Source: Sminthopsis crassicaudata (lineage: Eukaryota). From it: a stretch of 64,000 bases of DNA. The stretch is from the NCBI RefSeq assembly GCF_048593235.1, contig NC_133617.1, positions 111,188,937 through 111,252,936 of the forward strand, read 5' to 3'. A program made the position numbers and the translations under genes. How positions within the stretch are numbered: the stretch's first letter is position 1; the number at the start of each line of letters is the position of its first letter. Below the pieces are notes generated by a model. The model was not told the origin of the DNA. It did not search any database and worked only from the letters and a program-made list of their open reading frames with translations. Below are positions 60,770 to 64,000 of this stretch, one piece after another.

Positions 60770-60945
60770 AAACCTAAAGTCAAGGCTGCCTCCCCAGAAG
60801 CCATTTTGCCTCCTCATCCACAAAGCAGTTTGTCTTGTCTCAAGCGAATCTCCTCTTTGGTACCCCTGCACATGAATCACTGCAAAGTTCTTAGGTAACA
60901 TAAGAGTAGTCAAAATTTTAGTGACCAATGCCCTGTATGCCAATC
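60770..60945 (-). pseudogene. pol: Gammaretrovirus-like RNase H C-terminal fragment
   Basis: LTTLMLPKNFAVIHVQGYQRGDSLETR..FVDEEAK parallels MLV LFLPKRLSIIHCPGHQKG...ADQAA. Confidence 0.7.
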
Positions 60946-61269
60946 CCTTACCTTTACTGTTTCCATTCTTTCCCTCAAGTAATTTAAAAGATCTAATTTC
61001 TTTTTCCTGTCACTAATACAATCACTTAAATATTTTACCTCACATTTCCCAAATTGTAATTTGTCTTAAGAAATTCTCAGTCCCTGTGCTCCTACATAAT
61101 TTAACAAACTGATAGTGACTTGGACAAGGTCACTCTTTTTCCTCCACAAGAAGATCATCTACATATTGTAAGACTTTTAGCAGTAAGAAATTATCCCACA
61201 ATGTTCACATAATTCTTTTTTTTTTTTTATGTGATGTCCAATTCTGCTGGACATGACTCTGCTAATTAT

Positions 61270-61701
61270 TTATTATGGCTTTTTATTGAAAAGATATATG
61301 CATGTGTAATTTTACAGCATTGACAATTACCAAACCTTTTGTTCGAACTTTTCCCCTCCTTCCCCCCATACCTTCTTCCCCCAGATGGCAGGTTGATCAA
61401 TACATGTTAAGTATNNNNNNNNNNNNNNNNNNNNNNNNNNNNNNNNNNNNNNNNNNNNNNNNNNNNNNNNNNNNNNNNNNNNNNNNNNNNNNNNNNNNNN
61501 NNNNNNNNNNNNNNNNNNNNNNNNNNNNNNNNNNNNNNNNNNNNNNNNNNNNNNNNNNNNNNNNNNNNNNNNNNNNNNNNNNNNNNNNNNNNNNNNNNNN
61601 NNNNNNNNNNNNNNNNNNNNNNNNNNNNNNNNNNNNNNNNNNNNNNNNNNNNNNNNNNNNNNNNNNNNNNNTATATACATGATGTATAAATATATATATA
61701 C

Positions 61702-61748
<47 letters not shown>

Positions 61749-61950
61749 TATATCATGTATATACATGATGTCCGGACAGTTATTTTGCTGTACAAAGCAA
61801 ATTGCACTTTGAAATAGTGTACAATTAACCTGTGAAGGAGATAAAAATGTAGGCAGACAAAAATAGAGGGATTTGGAATTCTATGCAGTGGTTCATAGTC
61901 ACCTCCCAGAGTTCTTTTGCTGGGTGTAGCTGGTTCAGTCCATTACTGCT
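61270..61950 (-). mobile_element. L1 3'UTR with (TA)n and a gap
   Basis: T-rich tail, cccctccttcccc block and 3'UTR text on the minus strand. Confidence 0.8.
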
Positions 61951-62299
61951 CTATTGGGTTCACACAATTCTTATATACATACGTAGATATTCCATAAATT
62001 GAAAATTATACCAATCATTTTGCTTTTAAAATACCCAATACACAGAAAAATCCCAAACTACATAACAAAAATTACATAAGAAAAACATTTTCAAAAGGAC
62101 AATGGCAAAAACTATTATCCTTGGGTCCCTTTACATAATTGGCATCAATACATTTAATTAAAACTTCCTATTTTCACATAAAAGAATCTGAAAAGTTCTT
62201 AAAAACATCAATTAAACTTTTTGAAATAACCCTTTCAAACTATATATCTTATTTCTGATCATATTCTTTAAATACAAAAACCATTATGTTTCCACAGAA

Positions 62300-64000
62300 A
62301 CAAATGTTCAATCAACATCTTGTAAGAGAGGCCTGACTCTTTAAATCTTTAAATAAAGTTTGCTTTCTTCAGCCAAAAGTGGCTGCACCTTTCCACTGTT
62401 GCTCTCCCCCTGCAAAAACACATCCCATCTCACAGCCATCTCTCTGTGACTATCCTTTCCAACCAGTTCCTTTTTCCCACTGATTTCTTCTAGAAATCAT
62501 TTGCTCCCACTAATCAATTCTTCTTAAATCACCTTCATTCTCCTGTCCCATCTCTCTGTCTTTCTCCTCTAAATGCCTACTTGTTCAAAGCTTCTCCAAC
62601 ATATTTTACACTCCCAAACTTGAAACTTTTCTGAATAGATGCTCCATTTATACTATTAATTGCTTTTGTAAACAATATCTCTTGTCCCTTTTGTTTAAAT
62701 CACCTTTTTTAAAAACTATAAACTTAAAGATTCACAATTAATTTTGAACCAAACTTTATAAAATTCATAATATATTTAACAAATCAGTCAATATTTTTTA
62801 AAGCAATATACCATTTAAGTAGGGAGATACAAACACGACCTCCCCTAAAGTAAGATACTGGCATTTTGTTTAATAGCCTATATTTTAATTTGAAGTCCAA
62901 CCAAACAATAAGGCAAAAAAAAAAAAAAAAGTTTTTTTTTTCCTCTTCAGTTGTAAAGCCCACAATATTCAAACAATTCTTAAGATTTTACTCAGAATAA
63001 ATCTAATATGTGAAAAGCAATGTAAAAGTATTTCCCCCAATTTTGAAATTATAGTACCTCTTTAAAATATAGTAAGTTTCCAAACTTCTTAATTAAATGT
63101 GGTAGAAAAACAATTAACAGTTTAGCCTTGTTGAACTTTCTGTTCTCTTAACTCCATGCAAACTTGCTAATAATGATTTTTCTTTTCTCTCCTGGAAAAA
63201 AATTTTTCTTTTTTTTTTAGAAGCATGTCCAAGATGTCATAGAGCTCCTGTGTTTAGCTATTTACCTCTCTTACTGTATTTTTATTCCTTCCTTCATATA
63301 TCTGCAACTTTTTATTTCCAATCTTAAGTTTCCAATCTTAATACACAAGAAAATTTAAAGTTATTTTATAATTAACCAGTACTTTAGTTTGTGAAATTTC
63401 CTTAAATCTATCTAGATAGTCCATTCAAATAACTTTCTTTAGTAAGCCAGGAAAGAGATAAGCACCAATCCTTGCTTTACCTTAAAAAATTTTTCTCTGG
63501 CAGGAATCCACAAGGCGGAGTTATGAATAACAGGGCTCCTTGTTTACAGGAGTGATGGTCACTGTTCTTCTATTTTCTCAAAACCTTCCAAACTTTCAAT
63601 CTATGTTTTTACGTTTCTCCTACACTCTCAATTGCTGCAAACCCAGAGGCAGAGGGTAGGATAGAGAAAAAATATTTTTCAAATTTCCTTTTTTACCTAT
63701 CCACTATGAAAGAATTTCAATTCCCACAATTCAGCCTAATATTTTTCTAAGCCTGCAACATCGAGGCTGAATTTTTATCTCTTATGAGCTTGCTAACTTT
63801 TAACACAGAACAGAATGCAAAGCAGACACACACACACAGAGACAAATGCAGAGCTCTGTTTGTCTTGAATTGCCTAGCTAATATCCTGATATAAATCCAT
63901 GGACTGCTTCTATACCACCCTAGACCCAGTCCAGGTTTTGGGGGGGAGGTCCTTCCTCCCCCCACAGCCACCCAAGTGCTTTCTTAGTACAATCCTTTCC
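62300..64000 (-). mobile_element. AT-rich ERV internal sequence, direct paralog of 46230-48200
   Basis: Long colinear matches, e.g. tctcttgtccctttt.tttaaatcacc and tgaagtccaaccaaacaataag. Confidence 0.6.

Noticed and set aside
1-64000. rRNA, tRNA, CRISPR or prokaryotic systems
   Set aside because: None seen. The tRNA-complementary hits are retroviral PBS elements only.

Overview
A marsupial genomic window, probably dasyurid (inferred from marsupial-type L1 and an OC1-like hAT element), repeat-dense and with six assembly gaps. No intact conventional host gene, RNA gene or CRISPR array is supported. Main contents: (1) a 5'-truncated D-type-like betaretroviral provirus (27959-~36290, minus) with dUTPase, G-patch and YMDD RT, carrying an MLV-like gammaretroviral env; (2) a young 1.73-kb internally deleted class II ERV with 407-bp LTRs differing at 3 sites and a 6-bp TSD; (3) a near full-length decayed OC1/Charlie hAT transposon whose flanks do not match; (4) many L1 fragments, class I ERV pieces and solo LTRs; (5) a mosaic of old direct and inverted segmental duplications. 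The duplicated blocks hold two disrupted, apparently unannotated ORF families with signal-peptide-like N-termini: family A (four copies, Pro/Ser/Thr/Glu-rich, roughly 230 aa) and family B (two copies, about 140 aa, hydrophobic C-terminal tail). All alignments were done by eye. Non-ERV repeat boundaries are approximate.
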